From: a virus
Length of the DNA stretch: 64,000 bases
Virus record (IMG/VR): IMGVR_UViG_3300037230_000036
Coordinates: 27,269-91,268 of that record
Direction: 5' to 3' (one strand)
Below are positions 28,901-39,286 of the stretch, piece by piece. The notes under the pieces were generated by a model that worked only from the letters and a program-made list of their open reading frames with translations, searched no databases and was not told where the DNA came from. Position 1 is the stretch's first letter. The number at the start of each line of letters is the position of its first letter. The position numbers and the translations under genes were made by a program.

Positions 28901-30995
28901 TTCGGCGAGGACTTCGGGGAAGTGTTCGGCGAGGTAGCGGTTGGGGCGGGCGTAGGGGGCGGTCATCCTCGGCTCCGCTCGTTGCGATCGTTCCACACCA
29001 CCCGGCAGTTCGCCGGCGCGTTGTTGTTCCGGTTGCCATCGATGTGGTGAATGCTGAAGGCTCCAAGCAGCGTGTGCATGTAGTCGGCGCGCTCGGTGTC
29101 GCCGCGAGCGCGGTAGAACTTCTCCAGCGCCCGCAGGCTCACTAAAGCCTCGAGGAAGTCCTGCGACGCGACGAGGGGGTCGGCTTCGCGTTCCTCGGCT
29201 GGGGTGGTGGGTTTCGGCATGGGCTTTTCCTAGAGCTTTTGGGCGTCGGGATGAGGGAGGCACGGGATAAGAGCCTCGATCTCTCTCTTGGTTTCCCGCT
29301 CCGAAACGTCTTTTGACGGGGGCGCAGACGCTTTTGCGAGTCCGTCTTTGCCATACCTCTCGTCGATGCGCTGGGTATCGTAATCGAGCCAGCCCTGGAA
29401 CATGCCGCGGGTACGGCTGTCGTCCACGGACGATACCCACGGCTGCAGCGCGGCGATCTTGGATCGGCATTCCTGCACAAAAGCGGCCGGAGCGCCCTCG
29501 TCTCCGCACTGTAAATTTAATCCTGCGTTGGCCAATATCTCCAGCGCAGAACGCCTTAGCACCTCGTCGGATGGTTCTGTCGGACCGCAGAAGGTGGAAA
29601 TTTCGTCGGTGAGCCGGTGGCGCACTGCGTCGCGCGCCTCAGGCGACAGAAACCATGTTGCCGAGGAAATGCCCGCAATCGTCACGATCGTCCCGGCGAC
29701 AAGATATCCGGTCTTCATCTCAGAAATCCTCCAGAGGCGTGGCGCTTCCCGAGCGGCAAGCCGGAGCCTGCCGCCACGGAAGAACCCGCGTTCAGCACTC
29801 GACGCCGAGTTCCCTCAATTCCCGGCGGTAATGGTTGGCACGCTCGACCAGCCAATCGACCCCGGCGTCAGTGGTGGGGAACAAAGCCTCGGTGACCCGC
29901 TGATTATCCAATTGCACGATTACGAAAACGTTGGCGCGTACCGGCGTGTTTTTGTCGAGAGCCTTCAGACCGGCGTTGATCTCTTGCAGCAGGGCGTTCA
30001 ACCCCACGACGCGGGAGAGATTGGATAATTTCATCGTGTTCTCCTATGGCACGGGAAGGGTCGGTGCTTAGTCTCTATAAGCGTGTTCCCATCTTGCCCA
30101 ACGGTCGATCGCGCCGAGTTGATGAAGGTCAAGATCGGGCTGAATGCCCTTTGCGTGGTCGGATTTGATGACCTCAAGCCACGCGAGCATTGCCGCGTAG
30201 ATGAGGTGCGTGCACTCGTCTCGCGTCGCCTCCTGTAGCGCGATCGGTTCATCCAGAAGGTTGCTGCGCCAGTCGAGCGGGTGACTGGTTGCCTCGAACC
30301 CTTCGGGCCACTTCTTTCGACCCCAGTGGCAACCGCCATTGTCGTCGACGGCAGGCCAAGCGCAGCCGGCATCAAGATCCTCTTGGGCTTCGCACCCTTC
30401 CTGGTCGCAGACCGGCGGATTGGCCTCGCGCCACTCCTCGGGCGAATACATTGACAGGCTCTGGCCGCAATACCCGCATCGAGCAGTCCCTAATTCTTCT
30501 TCAAGATGCGTGATGATCTCCTCGATGAATTCGCCGATGTAAAACTCATCGTCTTCGCGGCCAGGATAATCGTTTCCACAATCCCATCCGCTGTCGCCAC
30601 GGATCACCCAGTATCGGGGGCGCTGATTGATGGTCCCGACATAGAAGAGGGCGCGACCGTCACCGTAGATTGTGTTCATCAGATAGGGGGTGAAGGTGAT
30701 CGCACCGCTCGGTGTCCAAAGATGAGCCGTGGTCTCGATCTCGATCGCAGCCTTCAGGCGCGCGTGGATCGTGTCGGGCTTTCGTCTGATAAGGTCCACG
30801 GGACAGTCTCCTACGCCACGGAAGGGTCAGTGATTAGCCTCGTAGGCCGATTGAAGCGCCTCGGCGATAACGCGAACCACATCCTCGCGCGGAGGATCAG
30901 TCAGCTTACGAGCCGGGTCATAAGCGAGCGCAATAATCCGCGCCAACGCCTCCGCCTCTTTCTGGAAACAGGCAAGAATTTTCATCGGTTTCTCC

Positions 30996-31475
30996 CATGC
31001 TTATCCGGTTGTTGCCCACGGCTGCTACCTATAGCGCCGGAATATCCGACAGCGCGAAGACGATGCCTCGGCAGTATTTTTCGCCGTCCTCTAGAACCTC
31101 GAAGGACGCGTGCGGGATCGCCGTCTCGTAGACCCAAGAGTAGCCCTCAACATCCCACTTTGCCTTAATCGGCGTTGCCGTCTTCATCAGCCGCTTGAAG
31201 TGCGGGCAGTCCTCGTTGTCGCATTCGTTGACCAGTAGACCGCTTCTCGTGAAGAAGGCTTCACCACCTTCATAGCAACCCATCTCATCGTTCACAGCGC
31301 CCCGAAATTCCATCAAGTCATCGCTGGCACCAAACACGACTACCAGGCCGCTTTTTTTGGCGATCTGATTATCGGCTGGACCCGTCTCTTTCCCGTATTC
31401 GCACCCGTTGAGGGCGATAGCGAGTTCCTGGCTATTCATCATCTAGCTCCTGTGTGCGACAACCGGATAGGCATG
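30996..31475 (-). mobile_element. Non-autonomous mobile insertion cassette (IS1595/ISSod11-type ends), 480 bp
   Basis: Left end identical to the 19482 cassette (39-bp exact match, 19479-19517 vs 31440-31478). 8-bp duplication GTTTCTCC at 30988-30995 and 31476-31483. Confidence 0.8.
31029..31442 (-). CDS. Cassette cargo: conserved-looking phage hypothetical protein
   Basis: LVVVFGASDDLMEFRGA..YCRGIVF; RBS and start supplied by the cassette end. Confidence 0.7.
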   Translation of the reverse strand: MMNSQELAIALNGCEYGKETGPADNQIAKKSGLVVVFGASDDLMEFRGAVNDEMGCYEGGEAFFTRSGLLVNECDNEDCPHFKRLMKTATPIKAKWDVEGYSWVYETAIPHASFEVLEDGEKYCRGIVFALSDIPAL

Positions 31476-32124
31476 GTTTCTCCTATGGCACGGAAGGGTC
31501 AGGCGTTGAGGTTGCGGTAGTACGCGCTTCTGGCGGTTGCCGGCGCTGGAGCGACCCGATAAATAATATGACCGTCAATCGGCCCCCATTCGGTCTCCGG
31601 GGTGTATCGAGAGTTGTCCGTCGCCTCCCGCTGCACCCGCGCGATCTCGTTGCACCGCGCCAGCTTGTCGAGGATGGCAGGCGATGCAAACACGGGTTCG
31701 GCGCAGTCGCCGCACGTTGTCCGATCCCAGCAGCCGCCCTGCGCCTCACATAGCCGGCTCCATTCGAGATCGCACGGCTCATGCCCACAGCACATGCCGG
31801 CGAGATCGACAGTGGGGTATTGGCAATCCCCATGCGGGCGCGTGGCGCCAGTGCGCGCGGGCTCAACCTCGGTCTCGACGCCGGACGGGAATAGGCGCTC
31901 GGTTACGTGGTCGCCACGGTCCGCTAGGTATCTCATCGCTCAGCCCTCCGCCGGAACTACGTGAAACCGCATCGCCTCCGTGGCGACCTCTGGCCTCAAG
32001 ATTCCGCCTTGCTCCAGGAAGATCACCAGCCGCGCAGCCCACAGTGCTGCCTCGGCGTCTTTCCCGCAGTCATGGTAGGAGAGGCATTTCGCCAGCGCCC
32101 GGTTGACCTCGCGGCGATCGAAAC

Positions 32125-32523
32125 TCATTGCGCAGCCTCCGCGCCGGCCGACAGCGCCTCGAACTGCAGCACCGACGTCCGCACCATCTTGCGCAGGGTC
32201 GCCGGCAGCCGCGCGATGCGCCCGGCGATCTCGATGGCGTCCGCGGTCGCCGCGGGGTCGCTGTCCTGCGGCAGGCTGATGTCGTCGAGGAAGAACTGCA
32301 GCGGCAGCTTGGCGGCTGCAGCGATCGAGACGAGGCGCGAGATGCTGACGCGGTTCTGGGCGGTCTCGTTCTTGTGAACCTGCGCCAAGCTGAGCCCGAG
32401 CAACTTGCCGAGGTCGCCTTGCGTCATGCTCTGGAGAGACCGCGCTGCCCGGATGCGGCGTCCCACCGCAATGTCGATCTCATGTTCGGTCTTGGTGGCC
32501 CGCGGCCTTCCGACTTTTCTCAT
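32125..32523 (-). CDS. XRE-family HTH regulator
   Basis: MTQGDLGKLLGLSLAQVHKNETAQNRVSISRL; GGAG RBS. Confidence 0.8.
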   Translation of the reverse strand: MRKVGRPRATKTEHEIDIAVGRRIRAARSLQSMTQGDLGKLLGLSLAQVHKNETAQNRVSISRLVSIAAAAKLPLQFFLDDISLPQDSDPAATADAIEIAGRIARLPATLRKMVRTSVLQFEALSAGAEAAQ

Positions 32524-32579
32524 ACCGTAGTCTCCATAGCGAGCAAGCGGCAATATGCGCTGTACGGTTATCTCTACGG

Positions 32580-32608
32580 TATATACGTGGTTGTGATACG
32601 CGATGCAA
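32580..32608 (-). promoter_or_regulatory. Sigma70-type early promoter
   Basis: TTGCAT-N17-TATATA on the minus strand upstream of the early gene array. Confidence 0.65.
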
Positions 32609-32632
32609 GGGAGTTGACCGCAGAGACGCCGG

Positions 32633-32666
32633 AAACAGAAACGCCCCGCCTGTTGGGGCGGGGCGC
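32633..32666 (-). terminator. Rho-independent terminator
   Basis: CGCCCCGCC/GGCGGGGCG stem followed by TTTCTGTTT on the minus strand. Confidence 0.6.
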
Positions 32667-33536
32667 TCTGCGAAACGGTTGACGCGGGCACGGCGGCTCG
32701 CGTATATCGCTTCGGTGATCAAGCGAAGTTTGCCGCTTCGCGAAGATCGTCGGCCGGGACGAACGGCCTTTCCGCGAAATAGCGCAGAAACCCGTCCCTC
32801 GGCAAGTGCTTTGAGGATATCGGGCGTGGGCGCAACGATCATTCATCCCCCGAAATGGTGGCTCCGCCGTCGGAGGAAGATTTCCGCGAAAGCGGTTCAG
32901 CGCGCAAATCGCCAGCTCTTGACCGCGCGCCAGGAACGCGAAACGGCCTTGGCACGGTGCGATGAAATCGGTATCGGTTTAAGGAAGCGAAGCGAGCAAT
33001 AGCGGCTTTGGCCGTCCGCGAGGACTAGGGCAGATCTGACCGGTATCCCAGGTCGTGGAAGCCCGAACGGCGCCGCACCATTCTAGAAAAGGACGCGCAC
33101 GAGCTGCGCGGACTGCCGCACCAGGGGCCTGCCATGATCGGCCCGCGGCAGTTGTTGACACCGTCATACGAGGGCAGAGGAAGCGAAAGCCAGCGGGTAC
33201 AGGATGACCGCCCGCCGCCACCGCTGGGGTGCCCTGCGAAGCCAAGCGACGCAATGCAAACCCCAGCACCAGGCGCCTCCGATCATGGAGTGTCGAGCCG
33301 GCGACCGCGCCGATTTTTCGACCTCACCGACCTCGTAGGGCGGAGTGCGTCCGGAGACACGCCTGGCGGATGTCGCTCCGCTACGCTGCGCTCTCCTACG
33401 GCCTTCGGCCTCCGGGTCTGCGATGCGCAGACTCATCCTTGGCTGAATAAGTCTCCAGATGGTGTTGAGAAATATATCGTAAATGGAATGTCATTAGGAC
33501 GCGCGCGAATCGCAATCTTTGCACGGAGGACAAGAA

Positions 33537-34004
33537 ATGGCCGGCAGCGTGAACAAAGTCATCGTTCTGGGTAACCTCGGGCAAGACCCGGAAACCCGCA
33601 TATTTCAAAACGGCGGATCGGTCACAAACCTGTCCGTCGCTACGTCGGAAAGCTGGAAAGACAAGTCGTCCGGCGAACGCAAAGAGCGAACCGAATGGCA
33701 CCGTGTTTCGATTCTCAACGATACCCTCGGCGAGATCGTCACGAAGTACGCCCGCAAAGGGGATAAAATCTACATCGAGGGACAGCTGCAGACCCGTAAA
33801 TACACAGATAACGCGGGCGTCGAGCGCTTCAGCACCGAGATCGTCGTCAAGGGCTTCAACAGCACCGTGCAGCTGCTCGGCGAGCGCCGCAGCAACGGAA
33901 ATTCCAGCACCGACCGACAGAATGGACGCGACGACGAATACCAGCCGCCACAGCCCCGCTCGCGTCCCGCGGGCAATGACCTCGACGATGAGATTCCGTT
34001 CTAG
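33537..34004 (+). CDS. ssb: Single-stranded DNA-binding protein
   Basis: SVNKVIVLGNLGQDPE, TEWHRV and DDEIPF tail. Confidence 0.95.
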   Translation: MAGSVNKVIVLGNLGQDPETRIFQNGGSVTNLSVATSESWKDKSSGERKERTEWHRVSILNDTLGEIVTKYARKGDKIYIEGQLQTRKYTDNAGVERFSTEIVVKGFNSTVQLLGERRSNGNSSTDRQNGRDDEYQPPQPRSRPAGNDLDDEIPF

Positions 34005-34149
34005 GGCGCGCATTGTCCGTTACCGCGCAAACCTCGGAACCAACTCCCCAAAACCCCCGCGAGCCGTTGAAATCCACACCGCAACGATGTAGAACCGACG
34101 CGGAACCCTTTGCGCCGCCCCGGCGTACCGAGTAGGAGAACAACGCACC

Positions 34150-34419
34150 ATGTCGATCTGGGGCCGCATGCAAAAGATCGAAGACAGGGTCGAGCAGCAC
34201 GGTACCGCCCTCACGCAAGCCGTCACCCTCCTCACCTCGCACGTCCAATCCTGCGACAAGCGCGGCGCTCGCACCGAAAAACTCGGCTATATCGCCATAT
34301 CCCTCGTCATCGCCGTCCTCGGCTTCCTCGTGAAACCGTACTTCGAACAAACCCCCAGACTTCCCCCAGGGTATTACCTCGAAGTCCCCACAAGCCCCGG
34401 AACTCCGAAGCAGCCTTGA
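34150..34419 (+). CDS. Small single-TM protein (XhlA/holin-like)
   Basis: Coiled coil followed by a TM segment; AGGAG RBS. Confidence 0.5.
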   Translation: MSIWGRMQKIEDRVEQHGTALTQAVTLLTSHVQSCDKRGARTEKLGYIAISLVIAVLGFLVKPYFEQTPRLPPGYYLEVPTSPGTPKQP

Positions 34420-34455
34420 CGGATAGCCGTACTGAACGCGACTATCCCCCGTACT

Positions 34456-35058
34456 ATGTCGGTACTGAAAAACGCTAAACACGAAGCCTTCGCCCAGGCA
34501 GTCGCCGCCGGGAAATCCCTGGTCGATGCCCATGAGATGGCCGGATATCCACGACATCGCGGCAATGCCTACTCGGTAGCGCAGCGTCTCGACATTAAAG
34601 GGCGAGTGGCTGAACTACTCAATCGCAGGGATCAGCGAGAGTTCGCGTCGACCGAGCGCGCGATCGAGAGAACGGCGATCACAAAGACCCGTGTTGCGAC
34701 CGAATTGGCGAAGATCGCCTTTGCCAGCATGGGCGATTATACGCGGGCTGAGGGCACGTCGAGGGTTCTTGACTTGACCAATGTGACGGAAGACCAACTC
34801 GCTGCTGTTCAGCAACTTGAGACTGACGTTTATGTTCAGGGTAAGGGCGAAACGGCAAAGGCGGTGGTGCGGGTCAAGAAGTTCCGGCTGCACGACAAGC
34901 GCCAGGCCCTCATGGATATCGCGGCGCTGTTCGGCTACGTCATCAAGCGGACCGAGGTTCGGGAGGTCGACGAGTTCGAGACGATGGACGCCGACGCGCT
35001 GAAGGAGCGGGTATCGGAGATCATCGCGGGGGGGCGGGCTGAGCCGACGCGGCATTGA
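34456..35058 (+). CDS. terS: Terminase small subunit
   Basis: KHEAFAQAVAAG..AGY HTH, ELAKIAF and KFRLHDKRQAL motifs. Confidence 0.8.
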   Translation: MSVLKNAKHEAFAQAVAAGKSLVDAHEMAGYPRHRGNAYSVAQRLDIKGRVAELLNRRDQREFASTERAIERTAITKTRVATELAKIAFASMGDYTRAEGTSRVLDLTNVTEDQLAAVQQLETDVYVQGKGETAKAVVRVKKFRLHDKRQALMDIAALFGYVIKRTEVREVDEFETMDADALKERVSEIIAGGRAEPTRH

Positions 35059-35068
35059 AGGAGTGGGA

Positions 35069-36019
35069 ATGATGGACGCAAGCAAGCCTGACGAGTTCGC
35101 GGCCGAGCTGGTCGACGCCTGTGCGCCTGGGATGGTCAAGAGCAAGGCGGAGGCTTTGGCGCTGTACGATCGCCACGACAGCTCCGAGGCTGCGCAGAAG
35201 CGACGGGACGAGTGGGGTGAGCAGGAACAGGGCGACCCGGCGCTTGAGGCTTTGCGGCGCGCGCTGCTGCCGGGATTGCTGATGATCGAGGAGTGCTCCA
35301 GGCAGCTCACGCGGCAGTGGACACGGGTCTTCCGGAAGGTGGCAACGGCACCCATTGGGTTCGTGGAGATTCAGTATCGCGGAGCGCTTCACCGCCTCTG
35401 CTCGATGGATAGCAAGGGAGGTGTGGCGCTTAGGACAGTGCTGGCGCCGGAGAGGGGCCTGGAGGGGTTTGTCGTTCAGGCTATTGGGATGTCGGAGTGC
35501 TCCCTCCAAGTTGAGGAAATGCGCCACGCCAACGTACTGGATGCCGGCCGGGTTGCGGACGCCGCGGAGGGTGGTGGAACTCCGCTGTTCTCGCTCAAAC
35601 ACCAGATCGACACCGGCGTTTACTCGAACATGCTCGACCCGGCTTCGGAGCTCAACGAGATGGCGGTGGAGATGGCGGCTGTGGCGGTTCGCAAGCTGCC
35701 AGACCAAGCTGGATCGCGGGCGTTGGCCAATCCGAAGCTGCTCGTGGTGCCGACAGGGTTGGAGTTCAGCGCCCATCGGCTCTGCAAGGGCGACCACGCC
35801 GCGAGTTGGCCGCAGGATGGCTATTGCGTTCTCGATTATCTCGTAAATCCGAAGGCGTGGTTTCTGACTACCACGATCAAGGGGCTCGTCAGCATCGAGA
35901 AGGCACCGTTCAAGCTGGACCTCAAGGTCGAGGGTGATGCGCTGGTGCTGGAAGGTTCGCAGTCCTACGCCGCCGGCTACATGAACCCGCGTGGGGTCTT
36001 CGGGAGCTTCCCCGGCTGA
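35069..36019 (+). CDS. Divergent paralog of the major capsid protein
   Basis: LLPGL..RQW..VF, KLLVVP..L, YL..P..WF.TTIKGLVS.E..PF.LD and NPRG are collinear with 52173-53081. Confidence 0.75.
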   Translation: MMDASKPDEFAAELVDACAPGMVKSKAEALALYDRHDSSEAAQKRRDEWGEQEQGDPALEALRRALLPGLLMIEECSRQLTRQWTRVFRKVATAPIGFVEIQYRGALHRLCSMDSKGGVALRTVLAPERGLEGFVVQAIGMSECSLQVEEMRHANVLDAGRVADAAEGGGTPLFSLKHQIDTGVYSNMLDPASELNEMAVEMAAVAVRKLPDQAGSRALANPKLLVVPTGLEFSAHRLCKGDHAASWPQDGYCVLDYLVNPKAWFLTTTIKGLVSIEKAPFKLDLKVEGDALVLEGSQSYAAGYMNPRGVFGSFPG

Positions 36020-36150
36020 GGTGCGCGGCGACTGCGGATGTGATACAAACCTCGTCTCTGAGGCTGTTCGTCGTAGCCGAGTGCGGTTGTCGGCAACGAG
36101 CTCGCTCACAGACGAGGTCTATTTTCCATAATCGCGGCACGGATGGGGAA

Positions 36151-37146
36151 ATGAGCGAGGAAGTCTGCGATATCGGCTACATCAACCCCGAGAGGAAGCA
36201 CGCGCTGATCAGCATCAAGGCACCGTCGCTGAATAGCTGCCACTGCTCATGGCAGCGCAATATGGCGCAATTTGCGATCACCATCGAGAGCGCGATCGTT
36301 CTCCGCGCGAAGCTGAATGCGTTTCTCGCCCAGCACGGAGTCACATTTCAATGAGCGACGCACCGCAGGAATGGCACCCGTGGGCCGATTATGGGGGAAG
36401 CCCGGATGAGCCTCCCGTAGCGGAAGCCGGGATCGATCTCGCCGGCCCTCCCTGTGCGGGCTGCCGTTCCTGGGCTGAGTCGACTCCTCCATCGCGCTCT
36501 GAGGAGGAGATGCCGTTTTGACCAAAGCCCGGCGCCCCACCGCAGCAGATCGTGACCTCGCCGATCACATTCGCCGGCTCCCGTTCGGCTCGTACAGGAT
36601 CGATTCGATCGATGAGGCGGCGTCCGATGGGACCGCACCGATGCGGTACTGTGGTCTGGCTCGTATGAAGCGCGAAGGGCAGCTCACGCTCGAAATTGGC
36701 GTGAAACGCATCGATATCTATCCGTCCGAGCCGTCCGCATGACCGTCATGACTCGCGAAGAAGCCGTCGCCGAACTGCTCGACAAAGCTCGTCGTCTGCA
36801 GCCTGAGACGGGGCTGCTGCCCTCCGAGCTGCCGGTGTCATCTCTGATCGCCCATGCCTTCATCGACGCCGTGAACGCCGAGTGGGACGCGCTCTACTCG
36901 ACAACCGCCGAAGTGCGCGAGATCGCCGATAGGGCGCGAGAACTTGCGCGCGCCGCGTCTGCGGCAATGGACCTCGACAAGCCGGACTTCGACTCGTCCC
37001 GCTACCTTGTGTTCGGGCTTGAGCATGCCTACCGCGCACCTGCCGGCGATGACAAGACCGTTCCGCTGCTCCAATGGATGCTCGGCTGCGCAAAGCCGCT
37101 GTGGGCGATGTTCATCCAGGACGCTGCCGCGCCGGCTGAGCCGTGA
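36151..37146 (+). CDS. Small hypothetical genes between the capsid paralog and terL (36151-36354, 36351-36521, 36518-36742, 36739-37146)
   Basis: Chain of 4-nt overlaps. Confidence 0.5.
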
Positions 37147-38930
37147 TCGACCTCGACACCCTCTCCACCGACGAACTCCGCTGGATCGCCCGCGCCGACC
37201 GCGCCATCAAGCGGAAGGCGGAAAAGCAGGCCTGCGAGGATAGCCTCCTCGAGTTCCTCCGCTGCGCCTGGCCGCACATGGGCGAGGCCGGCGAGTTCAT
37301 CCCGAACTGGCACCACGAGAAGATCGCGACCAACCTTGAGACGATGGCGTGGGATGGCGAGGTCGAGTCGCTGCAGGACGGCGACCCCGATGACCGCTTC
37401 ACGCGCTCGATCGTCTGCAACGTGCCACCGCGGACCACGAAGAGCTTGCTGATCTCGGTAGCCCTGCACGCCTGGGTATGGGCACAGCCGGAAAGCCGCT
37501 GGAGCCCGCTCTGCGGCCCACACGTCCGGTTCTTCTGCCTCAGCTATGGGGCGACGCTCGCCGAGGACTTGGCGGTCAAGGTGCGCCGGCTCATCATGGG
37601 CGCCTGGTATCAGCAGCACTGGGGCGCCCAGGTCGAGATCAGACCGGATCAGGCGGCGCGATCGAACTTCGCCAACACCAAAGGTGGGGAGCGGATCTCC
37701 TGCTCGATCGAGGGCGGCTTGCTGGGCCGCGGCGGCGACTGGCAGATTGTCGACGATCCCCACCATTTGAAGGGTGCCGAGAGCGATACCCAGCGCCGGG
37801 AAACGCTCGAAGGCATGCGCAGCCTCGTCACCCGCGTCACCGATCCCCGCATCGCCGCGCGCGTCCTCGTCATGCAGCGGGTCCACAAGGACGACTCGAC
37901 CAACTACGCGATCGAGAATTGGGGCCCGGTGAGGCATCTCATGTTCCCGATGAAGTTCGATGAGCGCCGCGCCGATCCGGAGGACGAGCGGGATACCGAC
38001 GGCGAGTTGCTGTGGCCGGAAGTCTGGACCGAGAAGGTCGTCGAGCAGGAAGAGCGCGAGCTGCGGCCATATGGCGTCGCCGGGCAACTCCAGCAGGCGC
38101 CGGTGCCGAAAGGCGGCGGCATCATCAGCCGGAACTGGTGGCGGCTGTGGCCCGGCGACTACCCGGAAGCCGCGACCTATGACCCGATCTGCTTCTGTCC
38201 GCTGTGCAAATGGCATTCGAAGGTGCCCCGGGGACAGGTCGTCGAGGAATGCCCGAGTTGCGGCTCCAGGGTCGAGCGCCACGTCCCGTTCCCGGATCTC
38301 TCCTACCGGCTGCTGTCGGTCGACACCGCGTACGGCGAGAAGGACGACAACTCGTACAGCGCCGCGACGGTATGGGGTATCTGGCACGACAAGACCGAGG
38401 CGCCGCGCGCGATCCTGATGCGGGCCTGGCGTGGCCGGCCGCGGCTGCGCGGGGTTCCGGACTCCCCGGTCGCGGCGGAACGCATCGGTCTCGTCGAGCG
38501 GATCCACATGATGGCGGTCGGCGACCAGGTCGATGCGGTGCTGATCGAGAACAAGAGCCGCGGCCAGGACCTCTACCAGGAGCTCGAGCAGCTGATGCGG
38601 GAGTGGCCGTTCCAGCTGATCTACACGACGCCGGTGGTCTCGAAGGAGGTCCGGCTGGAAAGCTGCGTCCCGCTCTTCGTCAATGAACGGGTCTGGGCGC
38701 CGGACAAAGCCTGGGCGGAACTCGTCATCAACGAGGTCGAGGAGCAGAACTACAGCCACAAGGCGCAGCACAATGATCTAAGCGACACCGTCGCGCAAAG
38801 CTTGAGATTTTTCAGAGACTCCGGGATGCTGAGCCTGGGCGACGAGTTCGCGCTGGAAACCCGGCGGTCGATGGCGTTCAAGGGGAAGAGCGGGCGGTTC
38901 GACGCCGGCGCCGCTTACGAGGGGGAGTGA
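37143..38930 (+). CDS. terL: Terminase large subunit with internal zinc-ribbon insertion
   Basis: NWHH, NVPPRTTKS (Walker A), IVDDPH (Walker B), VMQRVH, QQAP, SVDTA and HNDLSD. Confidence 0.93.
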   Translation: MIDLDTLSTDELRWIARADRAIKRKAEKQACEDSLLEFLRCAWPHMGEAGEFIPNWHHEKIATNLETMAWDGEVESLQDGDPDDRFTRSIVCNVPPRTTKSLLISVALHAWVWAQPESRWSPLCGPHVRFFCLSYGATLAEDLAVKVRRLIMGAWYQQHWGAQVEIRPDQAARSNFANTKGGERISCSIEGGLLGRGGDWQIVDDPHHLKGAESDTQRRETLEGMRSLVTRVTDPRIAARVLVMQRVHKDDSTNYAIENWGPVRHLMFPMKFDERRADPEDERDTDGELLWPEVWTEKVVEQEERELRPYGVAGQLQQAPVPKGGGIISRNWWRLWPGDYPEAATYDPICFCPLCKWHSKVPRGQVVEECPSCGSRVERHVPFPDLSYRLLSVDTAYGEKDDNSYSAATVWGIWHDKTEAPRAILMRAWRGRPRLRGVPDSPVAAERIGLVERIHMMAVGDQVDAVLIENKSRGQDLYQELEQLMREWPFQLIYTTPVVSKEVRLESCVPLFVNERVWAPDKAWAELVINEVEEQNYSHKAQHNDLSDTVAQSLRFFRDSGMLSLGDEFALETRRSMAFKGKSGRFDAGAAYEGE

Positions 38931-38932
38931 GG

Positions 38933-39264
38933 ATGCACACAAACCTCGATCTAACGACATCGGGCACCACGCTGTACTGGGCGCTCACCGTTGGCCGGTC
39001 CACGTCGTTGTCGCCGATCAGAACGGCAACCCGCTGCTGCCGACGAATGTGACCTGGGCGCTGGACTCCGCGCTTACCGGCGTCGTGATGTCCGCCGACC
39101 CGACCGGGTTCTTCTTCTCGTGTCCCGCGGCGACGCCCGCCGAGGCCGGGAATGCCACGGCCACCTATACCGGTCCCGGCGCTGCGGGTGGTTCGGTGTC
39201 CGGTGCGCTGTCGGTTGCCGTCACGATCGAAGCCGTCACGGGGCTCACATTCCTGCAGCAGTAG
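38933..39264 (+). CDS. Ig-like domain protein, apparently frameshifted near 38990
   Basis: ATG 38933 with RBS is in one frame; VVVADQNGNP..VTW..VAVT is in another. Confidence 0.4.
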
Positions 39265-39286
39265 CTCCCGCGCTGCCGCTGTGGCT

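Larger units (their letters stand above)
30039..31502 (-). repeat. Three copies of a 24-bp gene-start box (30039-30062, 30807-30830, 31479-31502)
   Basis: Minus-strand consensus GACCCTTCCGTG(C/G)C(A/G)TAGGAGA, which includes the RBS. Confidence 0.75.
26233..32128 (-). other. Array of about 18 small early hypothetical genes (e.g. 26233-26472, 26453-26653, 27062-27244, 27241-27627, 27867-28079, 28963-29220, 29230-29718, 29792-30034, 30068-30799, 31499-31936, 31940-32128)
   Basis: Tightly packed, overlap-coupled minus-strand ORFs with RBSs; 28963-29220 has a partial HNH motif (HHIDGNRNNN). Confidence 0.6.

Noticed and set aside
19482-31475. Cassette ends as integron attC sites
   Set aside because: They are terminal inverted repeats with 8-bp target duplications; there is no attC hairpin or integron integrase.
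30039-31502. Repeats as a CRISPR array
   Set aside because: Spacing is hundreds of bp with whole genes between, and there are no cas genes.
32690-33500. Possible origin or packaging site in the strand-switch gap
   Set aside because: Plausible by position, but I could not identify iterons or DnaA boxes, and the ORFs there are unconvincing.
37029-38771. Long antisense ORFs (e.g. 580 aa here, 502 aa at 16769, 430 aa at 49660)
   Set aside because: These are shadow frames of GC-rich genes on the opposite strand with no recognisable motifs.
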